Of a stretch of DNA of 64,000 bases, positions 8,636 through 16,489 are shown piece after piece. The notes beneath the pieces were generated by a model that did not search any database, had not been told where the DNA came from, and saw only the letters and a program-made list of their open reading frames with translations. Both the position numbers and the translations under genes were made by a program. The DNA is from an uncultured Candidatus Rokubacteria bacterium (GTDB taxonomy: Bacteria > Methylomirabilota > Methylomirabilia > Rokubacteriales > DASRDR01). The stretch covers positions 288,001 through 352,000 of the forward strand of contig CAVPSB010000016.1 of the NCBI GenBank assembly GCA_963708025.1, given 5' to 3'. Numbering within the stretch: position 1 is the stretch's first letter; every line of letters starts with the position of its first letter.

Positions 8636-9721
8636 TCAGCGAGCGGCGGCCGCGGCCGGGGCGGCGCCGCCCAGGGGCGAGGCGGAGCCGACGGAGGTGG
8701 ACTGGAGGATCGAGTCCGCGTACGCCTTGTCCACGCGTCCCTGCATCATGAACGTCTTCAGCGCCTGCTCCAGACTCTGCATCCCGAGGGCGGTGCCGGT
8801 CTGGATGGCCGAGGGCATCTGGTGGGTCTTGCTCTCGCGGATGAGGTTGCGGATCGCCACGGTGGCCACCATGATCTCCAGCGCCGCCACCCGTCCCTTC
8901 TTGTCCTTGGTCGGCAGCAGGAGCTGGGAGATGACGCCCTGCAGGGCCTCGGCCAGCTGCACGCGCACCTGCTGCTGCTGGGCGGGCGGGAACGCGTCGA
9001 TGATCCGGTCGATGGTCTTGGGCGCGCTCTTGGTGTGGAGCGTGGCGAACACCAGGTGACCGGTCTCGGCGGCGGTCAGCGCCAGGCTGATGGTCTCCAG
9101 GTCCCGCATCTCGCCGACCAGGATGACGTCCGGGTCCTCGCGCAGCGCGGCCCGGAGGGCCGAGGAGAACGACTTGGTGTGGGGGCCGATCTCACGCTGG
9201 TTCACCAGGCTGTTCTTGGACTTGTGCACGAACTCGATCGGGTCCTCCAGGGTGATGATGTGCTTCTTCCTCGCCGAGTTGATCAGGTCGATCATGGCGG
9301 CCAGGGTGGTGGACTTGCCGGAGCCGGTGGGGCCGGTCACCAGCACCAGCCCGTTCTCGCGGAGCGCCAGCGTCTGCACGATCTCCGGGAAGTTGAGCTC
9401 CTGGAACGTGCGGATCTGGGTCGGGATGACGCGGAAAACGGCCCCCTCCCCGTTCCGCTGGTTGAACACGTTCACGCGGAAGCGGGCCACCTCGCCCAGC
9501 TCGATGGCGAAGTCCAGATCGCGAGCCTCCTCGAAGAGGCGGCGCTGGTCGTCGTTCAACAGCTCGTAGATCATCCGGTGGACGCCGTCCCGGGTCAGCA
9601 CCTGGGCGTCGATCGGCGTCAGCTCGCCGTGGATGCGCATCATCGGCCGGGACCCCGCCGAGAGGTGGAGGTCGGAAGCGCTCCGCTCCTTGGTCTGGAT
9701 CAGGAGATCCGCGACATCCAT
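8636..9721 (-). CDS. pilT: Type IV pilus retraction ATPase PilT
   Basis: ASDLHL, GPTGSGKSTT, TLEDPIEF, LREDPDVILVGEMRD, GHLVFATLHT, AIRNLIRE signature. Confidence 0.95.
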   Translation of the reverse strand: MDVADLLIQTKERSASDLHLSAGSRPMMRIHGELTPIDAQVLTRDGVHRMIYELLNDDQRRLFEEARDLDFAIELGEVARFRVNVFNQRNGEGAVFRVIPTQIRTFQELNFPEIVQTLALRENGLVLVTGPTGSGKSTTLAAMIDLINSARKKHIITLEDPIEFVHKSKNSLVNQREIGPHTKSFSSALRAALREDPDVILVGEMRDLETISLALTAAETGHLVFATLHTKSAPKTIDRIIDAFPPAQQQQVRVQLAEALQGVISQLLLPTKDKKGRVAALEIMVATVAIRNLIRESKTHQMPSAIQTGTALGMQSLEQALKTFMMQGRVDKAYADSILQSTSVGSASPLGGAAPAAAAAR

Positions 9722-11103
9722 GTCGGTGGCCCCTGTCGGCCCAGTAGCTCGCGACGCAGCTCATCGGTCAAGGCGAGGGCGCTCACCCGGTGGCGGGCGC
9801 CCTGACGGTGGACGCTGGCCAGCCCGGCGGTCGCGCCGAGCAGCGTGACGCGGGGCACGTCGAGGGCCAGCAGGTGGGCCAGCCCGGTGGCGTTGGTGCC
9901 GGCGGCGAGGCCGGCCAGGACGAGCGCCCCCTGCTCGGCGCTGCCGATGGCGGCCAGGCAGAGCGGGTTTCTGCCCAGCTCCTCGAGGACGACGACGTCG
10001 GCCGGCTGGGCCAGGATCGTCGCCGCCTCGTCGGCGAACTCCCCGGGCACCTCGACCTGGACGAAGTCCGGCACCACGTAGGAGACGGCCCGCTCCAGGG
10101 TCACGATCTTCTTGGCCGGCGCCGCCGCCGCCTGGGCCAGGGCGTAGAGCAGCGCGGCCCGGGCCCGCGACTCCCAGCCGGTCACGAAGACGAGCCCGGC
10201 GCCCCCGATCAGGCGCGAGAGGGTCGCCCGGGTGTCGCCGTCGAGGTCGAAGCTCTCGAGCGTGGGCAGCCCCGCGCGGCGCTGCGAGATCTTGACGGTC
10301 ACCGCTTCCCCGTGGATCGTCGGGAAGAACAGGATCTCGAGCTCGACCTCCTGCTGCTCGAGTCGCGTCCGGATGTGCGACTGGCGGGGAGGGCTCTCGC
10401 CGCGCAGCCCGGCCAGGATACGGAACCGCGAGACGACGGGACCGAGGAGGTTCCGGGGCAGGCGCCCCCGCTCCACCAGCCGGCCCTCCACGCGGTCGCG
10501 GACACGCACGTCGGTGGCCATGGGCTCGACGTGGATCTCGGTCGCCTCCTGGCGGAGGGCACCCAGCAGGAGGGCATAGACCTGGGCGACCCCCGTCGGG
10601 TCACCCTCGACGCCGGCCGCGCCGGGGGCCACCTCCGCGTAGCGGACACCGGGCGTCCGGCTGGTCCCCGGGGGAAAGGCCTTGTCGAGCAGGTGGAGCA
10701 CCGTCTCCCGGGAAGCGATCGCGATCGACACCCGGGCGCCGGTGACCCCTTCCAGCTCCACGATGGCCTGCTGGTTGGTCGGATCGGTCAGGATGACCGT
10801 CAGCTCCTCGCCGACCTGCAACACCGGGAACGCCTCGTGTCGCCGCAACACCTCCTCGGGCATGCCGCGGGCGAGGTCGAGATCGACCATCTCGTCCCGG
10901 AACTCGACGTACGGGATGCCCAGGAGCTCCGAGAGAGCCCAGTTCAGCTCGTCGGCGGTCAGGGCGCCCATCTCGATCAGGATCTCGCCGAGCCGCTTGC
11001 CCTCCTGATACTGGATGCGGAGGGCCTCGCGGAGCTGGTCGGGAGAGACGAAGCCCCGCTCCACGAGGATCTCGCCGAGCCGCCGCTTGGCCGGCTGCGT
11101 CAT
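9700..11103 (-). CDS. PilB/GspE-like protein with MshEN c-di-GMP-binding N-terminus and degenerate, probably inactive ATPase domain
   Basis: RLGEILVERGFVSPDQLREALRIQ and RLGEILIEMGALTADELNWALSEL; ATEIHVEP, PTIHGEAVTVKI; Walker A region reads VTGWESRARAA; ATG 11103 overlaps the REC stop (ATGA). Confidence 0.85.
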   Translation of the reverse strand: MTQPAKRRLGEILVERGFVSPDQLREALRIQYQEGKRLGEILIEMGALTADELNWALSELLGIPYVEFRDEMVDLDLARGMPEEVLRRHEAFPVLQVGEELTVILTDPTNQQAIVELEGVTGARVSIAIASRETVLHLLDKAFPPGTSRTPGVRYAEVAPGAAGVEGDPTGVAQVYALLLGALRQEATEIHVEPMATDVRVRDRVEGRLVERGRLPRNLLGPVVSRFRILAGLRGESPPRQSHIRTRLEQQEVELEILFFPTIHGEAVTVKISQRRAGLPTLESFDLDGDTRATLSRLIGGAGLVFVTGWESRARAALLYALAQAAAAPAKKIVTLERAVSYVVPDFVQVEVPGEFADEAATILAQPADVVVLEELGRNPLCLAAIGSAEQGALVLAGLAAGTNATGLAHLLALDVPRVTLLGATAGLASVHRQGARHRVSALALTDELRRELLGRQGPPTWMSRIS

Positions 11104-11501
11104 GCGGGAGCCTCCGCGATCACGCGGCGCACCGTGCGGGTGAGCTGCTCGGGCGAGAAGGGCTTCGTGAGGTGGGCCACCGCGCCCACCCCCGCGCTCA
11201 GCGTCCGGTAGACGGGCTCGGCCTGGCCGGTCAGGACGATGACGGGGATGTCCCGGGTCGCGGGATGTCCGCGCAGGCGCGTGAGCGTCGTGTATCCATC
11301 CATTCGCGGCATCATCACGTCGAGGATGATGAGGCGCGGCGTCGCCCGGCGGGCTTGCTCGGCGACCTCGTCCCCGTCGGTCGCGGTCGCGGTGACGAAG
11401 CCGGCCTCGCGCAGGACCTCGCACACGAAGTCGCGGACCTCCGGATCGTCGTCGGCGACCAGCACCAGGGGCGGCGGCGCGGCGCCGGGCGCGGCCGCCA
11501 T
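11100..11501 (-). CDS. Single-domain response regulator (CheY-like)
   Basis: VLVADDD, ILDVMMPRMDG, IPVIVLTG, LTKPF; start overlaps the upstream TGA (TGATG). Confidence 0.9.
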   Translation of the reverse strand: MAAAPGAAPPPLVLVADDDPEVRDFVCEVLREAGFVTATATDGDEVAEQARRATPRLIILDVMMPRMDGYTTLTRLRGHPATRDIPVIVLTGQAEPVYRTLSAGVGAVAHLTKPFSPEQLTRTVRRVIAEAPA

Positions 11502-11707
11502 CACTGGGCCTCTTCGATGGTCCCGAGGTGATCGAAGCGCACGAAGATCGGCGGGATCCCCACCCGCTCGAGCACCAGGCCGCTCTCCTCGACACCGCTG
11601 AGCAGGCCCTGGACGCTCCACTCCCGGGCGAGCTTCACGTAGACCTCTTTGCCGAGCAGGCTCCCGATGAAGCGAATCGTGGCCGGGGGTCCCGGCGTGA
11701 CACTCAT
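11501..11707 (-). CDS. 68-aa Sm/Hfq-fold-like protein
   Basis: MSVTPGPPATIRFIGSLLGKEVYVKLAREWSVQGLLSGVEESGLVLERVGIPPIFVRFDHLGTIEEAQ: helix, V-x-V-K-L, G, L-V-L and FVR..L..I pattern of Sm1/Sm2; GGAGG upstream. Confidence 0.6.
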   Translation of the reverse strand: MSVTPGPPATIRFIGSLLGKEVYVKLAREWSVQGLLSGVEESGLVLERVGIPPIFVRFDHLGTIEEAQ

Positions 11708-11740
11708 GTGGGATTGCTCACCCCTCCCGTGGCGGATCAC

Positions 11741-11770
11741 ATTCTGGGCCCCCCGGGGGAGCCGAGTCAA
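11741..11770 (-). promoter_or_regulatory. Sigma70-like promoter for the Sm-like/REC/pilB-like/pilT/pilU operon
   Basis: TTGACT-N18-CAGAAT on the minus strand. Confidence 0.5.
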
Positions 11771-11815
11771 CTTTTAGAGAGTCGGAGCGGGCCTCGTGCT
11801 CGGCGAGGAGCAGCA

Positions 11816-11861
11816 TCCGAGCGGCGGGGAGGGAATCGGGGGGTCTTCCAAGACCCCCGAA
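11816..11861 (-). repeat. Post-stop hairpin repeat family 1, copy b
   Basis: Minus strand ttcgggggtcttggaagaccccccgattccctccccgccgctcgga, 5 nt after the YbaK TAG. Confidence 0.75.
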
Positions 11862-11866
11862 GAAAA

Positions 11867-12367
11867 CTAGGGGCGGTCGAGGGCCAGGCCGCGGACGATC
11901 CGGACGCCCGGCAGCCGGCGGAGCACCTCCGGGGCCACCTTGATCTTGCCGTCGCGACCCCCGGTGCCGAGGATCACGTAGTCGAGCCCCGTGATGCGGT
12001 CGTCGACGAAGATCGGGAGGCCATCCGGCAAGCCGAAGACCGTCACGCCGCCCACCTTCATGCCGGTCAGCTCCGCCATTTCCGGGCCGGAGGCGAAGGA
12101 GAGCTTGGCGACGCCCAGCAGGTCCCGCACGGCGTGGTTGACGTCGAGCCGGGTGGTGGCGAGCACGACGCAGGCGGCGTACTGCTTCGGCTCCTTCTTC
12201 GAGGCGACCAGGATCGTGTTGCCGGCGTGGTCGGGGGGATAGCCGTAGCGCTCGCAGAATGCGGCGGTGTCCGCGAACTCGGGATCGATCCGGATCAGCT
12301 CGTAGGGGAGGCCGAGGCGGTCGAGGTCGGCGATCGTCCGCTGCTCGGGATCAGGCTCGGCAGTCAC
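11867..12367 (-). CDS. YbaK/EbsC-family aminoacyl-tRNA deacylase-like protein
   Basis: NTILV, KLSFAS, LTGMKVGGVTVFG, IFVDDRI, LGTGGR; start approximate. Confidence 0.85.
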   Translation of the reverse strand: MTAEPDPEQRTIADLDRLGLPYELIRIDPEFADTAAFCERYGYPPDHAGNTILVASKKEPKQYAACVVLATTRLDVNHAVRDLLGVAKLSFASGPEMAELTGMKVGGVTVFGLPDGLPIFVDDRITGLDYVILGTGGRDGKIKVAPEVLRRLPGVRIVRGLALDRP

Positions 12368-12374
12368 TCCGGTC

Positions 12375-12451
12375 ACTATCCGGCGAAACAGCAACCGCGT
12401 CAAGCCGCTCGCCGCCCCCGATTGACTCCCTACGACGCTCCACCGTACGAT
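12375..12451. promoter_or_regulatory. Divergent sigma70-like promoters for ybaK-like (minus) and nudC (plus)
   Basis: Minus: TTGACG-N17-GATAGT then 7 nt to GTG 12367. Plus: TTGACT(12422)-N18-TACGAT(12446). Confidence 0.6.
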
Positions 12452-12467
12452 CGCGGCGAGCCCTTCC

Positions 12468-13337
12468 ATGGAAAACCCGGCGCTGCTGTCCGTCTACCTC
12501 CCCTTCAACCGGGAGTGCCTGGGCGCCGCCTTCGTCCCTGCCAAGCACGCGACCGCGCCGGCCGAGCGGCGGGGCCGCTGGCTCCTCGTCCAGAACCAGG
12601 GCCTCGTCGTCGTCCCTGAGGCCGAGGGGTTCCAGCTGCCGGAGGGCGAGCTGCCCGCTGGCCTCGACGGCGCCGTCGGATCGCCCCTCTGTCTCGGGAC
12701 CCTCGCCGGCACCCCGTGCTGGGTGGCGGCGCTCGCGCCGGAGGCCACGCTGCCTCCGGGGCTCCAGCGCGAGACGCTGGTGCCGATGCAGGGGACCCGG
12801 CTTCCCGACGAGATCCTCTCGCTGGGCGGGATGGCGATGCAGGCTCTCCACTGGCAGGGCACGAGCGGCTTCTGCCCGCGTTGCGGTGCGCCCACCGAGC
12901 GCATTCCCGGCGAGTGGGGCAAGCGGTGCGGGCGCTGCGCGTACGAGCACTACCCGCACCTCCACCCGTGCGTCATCGTGCTGGTCAAGGACGGCGACCG
13001 GTGTCTCCTCACCCGGAAGGCGGGCTGGACGCCTGGTCGCTACGGGCTGGTGGCCGGCTTCGTCGACAACGGCGAGTCCCTGGAAGGCGCGGCGAGCCGC
13101 GAGGTCAAGGAGGAGGTCGGCGTGGAGGTGACCGACCTCCGCTACGTGGGGAGCCAGAACTGGCCTTTCCCGAGCCAGCTCATGATCGGCTTCGTGGCGC
13201 GGTACGCCGGCGGGGAGCTGTCGGTCGACCGCGAGGAGCTGGAGGACGCGCGCTGGTTCCCGTGTCACGCCCTGCCGAGCCGCCCCTCCCGTCACAGCAT
13301 CGCCGGCTTCATCCTCGACCACTACGCCTGCGAGTGA
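12468..13337 (+). CDS. nudC: NAD(+)/NADH diphosphatase, NAD-cap decapping Nudix hydrolase
   Basis: Zinc ribbon FCPRCG..CGRC..YP; Nudix box AGFVDNGESLEGAASREVKEEVG; SQNWPFPSQLMIG. Confidence 0.92.
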   Translation: MENPALLSVYLPFNRECLGAAFVPAKHATAPAERRGRWLLVQNQGLVVVPEAEGFQLPEGELPAGLDGAVGSPLCLGTLAGTPCWVAALAPEATLPPGLQRETLVPMQGTRLPDEILSLGGMAMQALHWQGTSGFCPRCGAPTERIPGEWGKRCGRCAYEHYPHLHPCVIVLVKDGDRCLLTRKAGWTPGRYGLVAGFVDNGESLEGAASREVKEEVGVEVTDLRYVGSQNWPFPSQLMIGFVARYAGGELSVDREELEDARWFPCHALPSRPSRHSIAGFILDHYACE

Positions 13338-13350
13338 AGGAGTAACCCCC

Positions 13351-14394
13351 ATGCCGGTCCGGACCGCCGACCACCTCCATCGACTCGCGGTCGCACTCTA
13401 CACGCACGCCGGGGTCAGCCATGATGACGCCCGCGTGGTGGCCGACCACCAGATCGGGGCCAACCTGGCGGGTCACGACTCCCACGGCATCCTGCTCCTC
13501 CCCACCTACCTCGACCGGATCGGCAAGGGTCACATCGTGCCGGGGGCCCCGATCGAGATCCTGGACGAGACGCCGACGACCGCCCGCGTGGACGGCCACT
13601 GGGGCTTCGGCCAGGTCGTCTCGACCCGGGCGATGGCGCTCTGCATCGACAAGGCGCGCCGGATGAAGGTTGCCATCGTGTCGGTCTTCCGCCAGAGCCA
13701 CGTCGGCCGCCTGGGCGACTACCCGCTGATGGCGGCGCGGGCCGGCCTGGTCGGGCTGATGATGTGCGACTCGGGCCAGGCGCCCAAGCAGGTCGCGCCG
13801 TTCGGCGGCCGGGACGCGCGGCTCGGGACCAACCCGCTCTCCGTCGCCTTCCCGTCGGACCTCGAGGCCCCGGTCCTGGTCGACATGGCGACCAGCGCGG
13901 TCGCCGGCGGCAAGCTCCTCGTCGCCCTGGCCCGGCACGAGGCGATCCCGACCGGGTGGCTGCTCGACCGCGAGGGGCGGCCGACCACCGACCCCGGCCA
14001 CTTGCGGCAAGGGGGCGCGATGCTGCCGCTCGGCGGGCCGCAGGGTCACAAGGGCTCGGCGCTCTCGTTCGTCGTCGAGACGCTGGCCGCGCTCCTCCCG
14101 GGCCTCGGCTTCGGCGTCGATCCCGAGGGCCGGCACAACGACGGCGCGTTCCTGCTCGCCTTCGACCCTGCCGCCTTCCGGCCGCTGGCCGAGTTCAAGG
14201 CCGACGTGACGGCCTTCGCCCGGTACGTGAAGGCGACGCCCCCGGCCGCCGGCTTCACCGAGGTGCTCTACCCGGGCGAGGTCGAGCACCGGACCGAGCA
14301 GCGACGCCGCCGGGAAGGCATCCCGATCGAGGACGAGACGTGGAGCAAGCTCGAGGTCCTGGCCCGCACCGCCGGCCTCGAGCACCTGCTCTGA
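13351..14394 (+). CDS. Ldh_2-family (malate/lactate/ureidoglycolate dehydrogenase-like) oxidoreductase
   Basis: GHDSHGI, SHVGRLG, LGTNPL, DMATS, HKGSAL, LYPGE. Confidence 0.9.
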   Translation: MPVRTADHLHRLAVALYTHAGVSHDDARVVADHQIGANLAGHDSHGILLLPTYLDRIGKGHIVPGAPIEILDETPTTARVDGHWGFGQVVSTRAMALCIDKARRMKVAIVSVFRQSHVGRLGDYPLMAARAGLVGLMMCDSGQAPKQVAPFGGRDARLGTNPLSVAFPSDLEAPVLVDMATSAVAGGKLLVALARHEAIPTGWLLDREGRPTTDPGHLRQGGAMLPLGGPQGHKGSALSFVVETLAALLPGLGFGVDPEGRHNDGAFLLAFDPAAFRPLAEFKADVTAFARYVKATPPAAGFTEVLYPGEVEHRTEQRRRREGIPIEDETWSKLEVLARTAGLEHLL

Positions 14395-14421
14395 TCACAC
14401 CCGACCCACGAGGAGGATCCC

Positions 14422-15678
14422 GTGTCCGACCGCTCCGTCTTCAAGGCCAGGCGCGTCGCCACCGCCGACTGCTCCGCCTGGCTCCCCGATCACGCCGTCC
14501 TCACCGAGGACGGTCGCATCACCGCGATCCTGCCGGCCGGCCAGCTCCCCCGCGATGCCGAGACCCGCCGGACCCACGACCTGGGGGACGTGTCGCTCCT
14601 GCCCGGCCTGGTGGACGTCCACTCGCACATGCACTGCTCGGCGACGCCCGACGCCTACGGCCTGCTGACCGGCGAATCCCGGGACCGCCTCATCATGCGC
14701 GCCGCCGCCAACGTCCGGGCCGTGCTGCTGAGCGGCGTGACGACCCTCCGCGACCTGGGGAGCCGCAACGAGATCGCCTTCCCCGTCCGCGACGCGGTGC
14801 GCGCCGGCGTGATCCCGGGTCCCCGCCTCATCCTGGCCGGGACCCCGATCACGACCACCGCCGGCCACTGCTGGATGTTCGGGACGGAGGCCGACACCAC
14901 CGACCAGGTGGTGACGGCCGTCCGGCGCCAGAAGAAGCTCGGCGCCGACTGCATCAAGATCATGGCGACCGGCGGCATGTTCACGCCGACCGCCAATCCG
15001 CGCAGCGTGCAGTATCCGGTCGAGGTCCTGGCCGCCGCCGTCCGCGAGGCGGAGCGGCTCGCGATGCCGGTCGCCGCCCACACGCTCTCGGCGGCCGGCG
15101 TCCGGAACTGCGTCGAGGCCGGCGTCCACCACCTGATCCACGCGCGCTGGTACAGCGCCGATCCCGCCAAGGGCCTCGAGTACGACCCGACCCTGGCCGC
15201 CCGGATGGCCGACCAGGGCCAGTGGGTGGACATCACCATCGGCCTCCTCCTCCTGGGCAACGAGGCCGTCGCCGCCGGCGCGCCGCCGCGGGCGGCGCAC
15301 TGGGCGGTGGCGTCGGTGGCGGTGTCCGACGAGGAGCACCTCGACACCGCCCGTGACATGCGCACCCGCGGGGTGCGCTTCGCGACCGGCCTCGACATGG
15401 GGATGGCCCACGCCCGCTTCGACGCCTCGGCGGCGAACGCGCGGGCGTTCGTGAAGTGGCTCGGCTACTCGCCGTGGCAGGCGATCCGCGCCTCCACCGC
15501 CGAGTCGGCCGAGGCGCTCCATCTCGGCCACGAAGTCGGGAGCCTCCGGCCCGGGCTCGCCGCCGATCTGGTGGCGGTGGCCGGGGATCCGGCCCGGGAC
15601 GTGGGCGCCCTCGGCGAGGTGGTGGACGTGATCCAGGCGGGGCGGCCGGTCAAGCTCGGTGGCCGGGCCCTGATTTGA
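14422..15678 (+). CDS. Metal-dependent amidohydrolase
   Basis: LPGLVDVHSH, GVTTLRDLG, IKIMATGG, VAAH, GSLRPGLAADLVAV. Confidence 0.9.
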   Translation: MSDRSVFKARRVATADCSAWLPDHAVLTEDGRITAILPAGQLPRDAETRRTHDLGDVSLLPGLVDVHSHMHCSATPDAYGLLTGESRDRLIMRAAANVRAVLLSGVTTLRDLGSRNEIAFPVRDAVRAGVIPGPRLILAGTPITTTAGHCWMFGTEADTTDQVVTAVRRQKKLGADCIKIMATGGMFTPTANPRSVQYPVEVLAAAVREAERLAMPVAAHTLSAAGVRNCVEAGVHHLIHARWYSADPAKGLEYDPTLAARMADQGQWVDITIGLLLLGNEAVAAGAPPRAAHWAVASVAVSDEEHLDTARDMRTRGVRFATGLDMGMAHARFDASAANARAFVKWLGYSPWQAIRASTAESAEALHLGHEVGSLRPGLAADLVAVAGDPARDVGALGEVVDVIQAGRPVKLGGRALI

Positions 15679-15700
15679 ATCGGGGAAAGAGGCCGGGGCG

Positions 15701-16436
15701 ATGAAGCCGTCGCACGACGCGGACGTCCTCGTCGTGGGGGGTGGCCCCGGGGGCAGCACAGCGGCCACCTTCCTAGCCCAGGGGGGGCTCCGGGTGACGG
15801 TGGTCGAGCGGGAGCGCTTCCCGCGCTTCAAGGTCGGCGAGTCGCTGATCCCCACCTGCATGGCCATCTGCGAGCGGATGGGCGTGCTGGAGCGCGTGCT
15901 CGCCCACGGATTCCAGGTGAAGTACGGGGCCACCTTCCACGACCAGGAGCTCGGGCTGGAGTCGACCTTCGGCTTCCGGCCCGGGCGTCCGTGGCCGGCC
16001 TTCACGCTGGACGTGCACCGCGCGGAGTTCGATCAGCTCCTGCTCGAGCACGCCGCCGCCCAGCCCGGCGTGACGGTCTGCCAGCCCGCGACCGTGGAGA
16101 AGGTCGCCTTCGACTCGACGGCGTTCCGCCCACCTCAGATCGGAACCTCCCGCCTACCCCCCCAACCCCCCTCCCCCACCCAGCTGGCGGGGGGAGGGGG
16201 GAGTCGGAGGCCCCGACTGCCTCACACGCTCCCAGCGACCAGGCGGGGAGCGCGAGCACCCGCACAACGTCCTGGGCATGGTGGACGCGGTCACCGGGGT
16301 CCTGGCCGGGGGCTCCTTCGGCACGCTCCCGCGGCGCCTCCAGTGGTCGCTGTGGGGCTTCTTCCAGGTCGTCCGCCTCACGCGCTGGATGAGCCGGCGC
16401 CGCGGCGTCGTGCTCGAGTCCCGGCTCGACTGGTGA
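15701..16436 (+). pseudogene. FAD-dependent oxidoreductase (halogenase-like), central part deleted and replaced by a repeat element
   Basis: DVLVVGGGPGGS, FPRFKVGESL, RAEFDQLLLEHA to about 16120; repeat 16133-16231; out-of-frame tail EHPHNVLGMVDAVTGVLAGG..SRLDW* ending 16436. Confidence 0.8.
16133..16231 (+). repeat. Purine/pyrimidine-tract repeat family 2, copy a
   Basis: cctcagatcggaacctcccgcctaccc...ggggggaggggggagtcggaggccccgactgcctcacacgctc; matches 44569-44718 and the reverse of 47405-47542. Confidence 0.8.
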
Positions 16437-16440
16437 GATC

Positions 16441-16471
16441 TTTGGGGGGGGGACTCAGAAATCCCCCGAAG
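16441..16471 (+). repeat. Post-stop hairpin repeat family 1, degenerate copy c
   Basis: ttt, G-run, actcagaaatcccccgaag, starting 4 nt after TGA 16436. Confidence 0.55.
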
Positions 16472-16489
16472 TGCCGGTCAGACTCGCGA

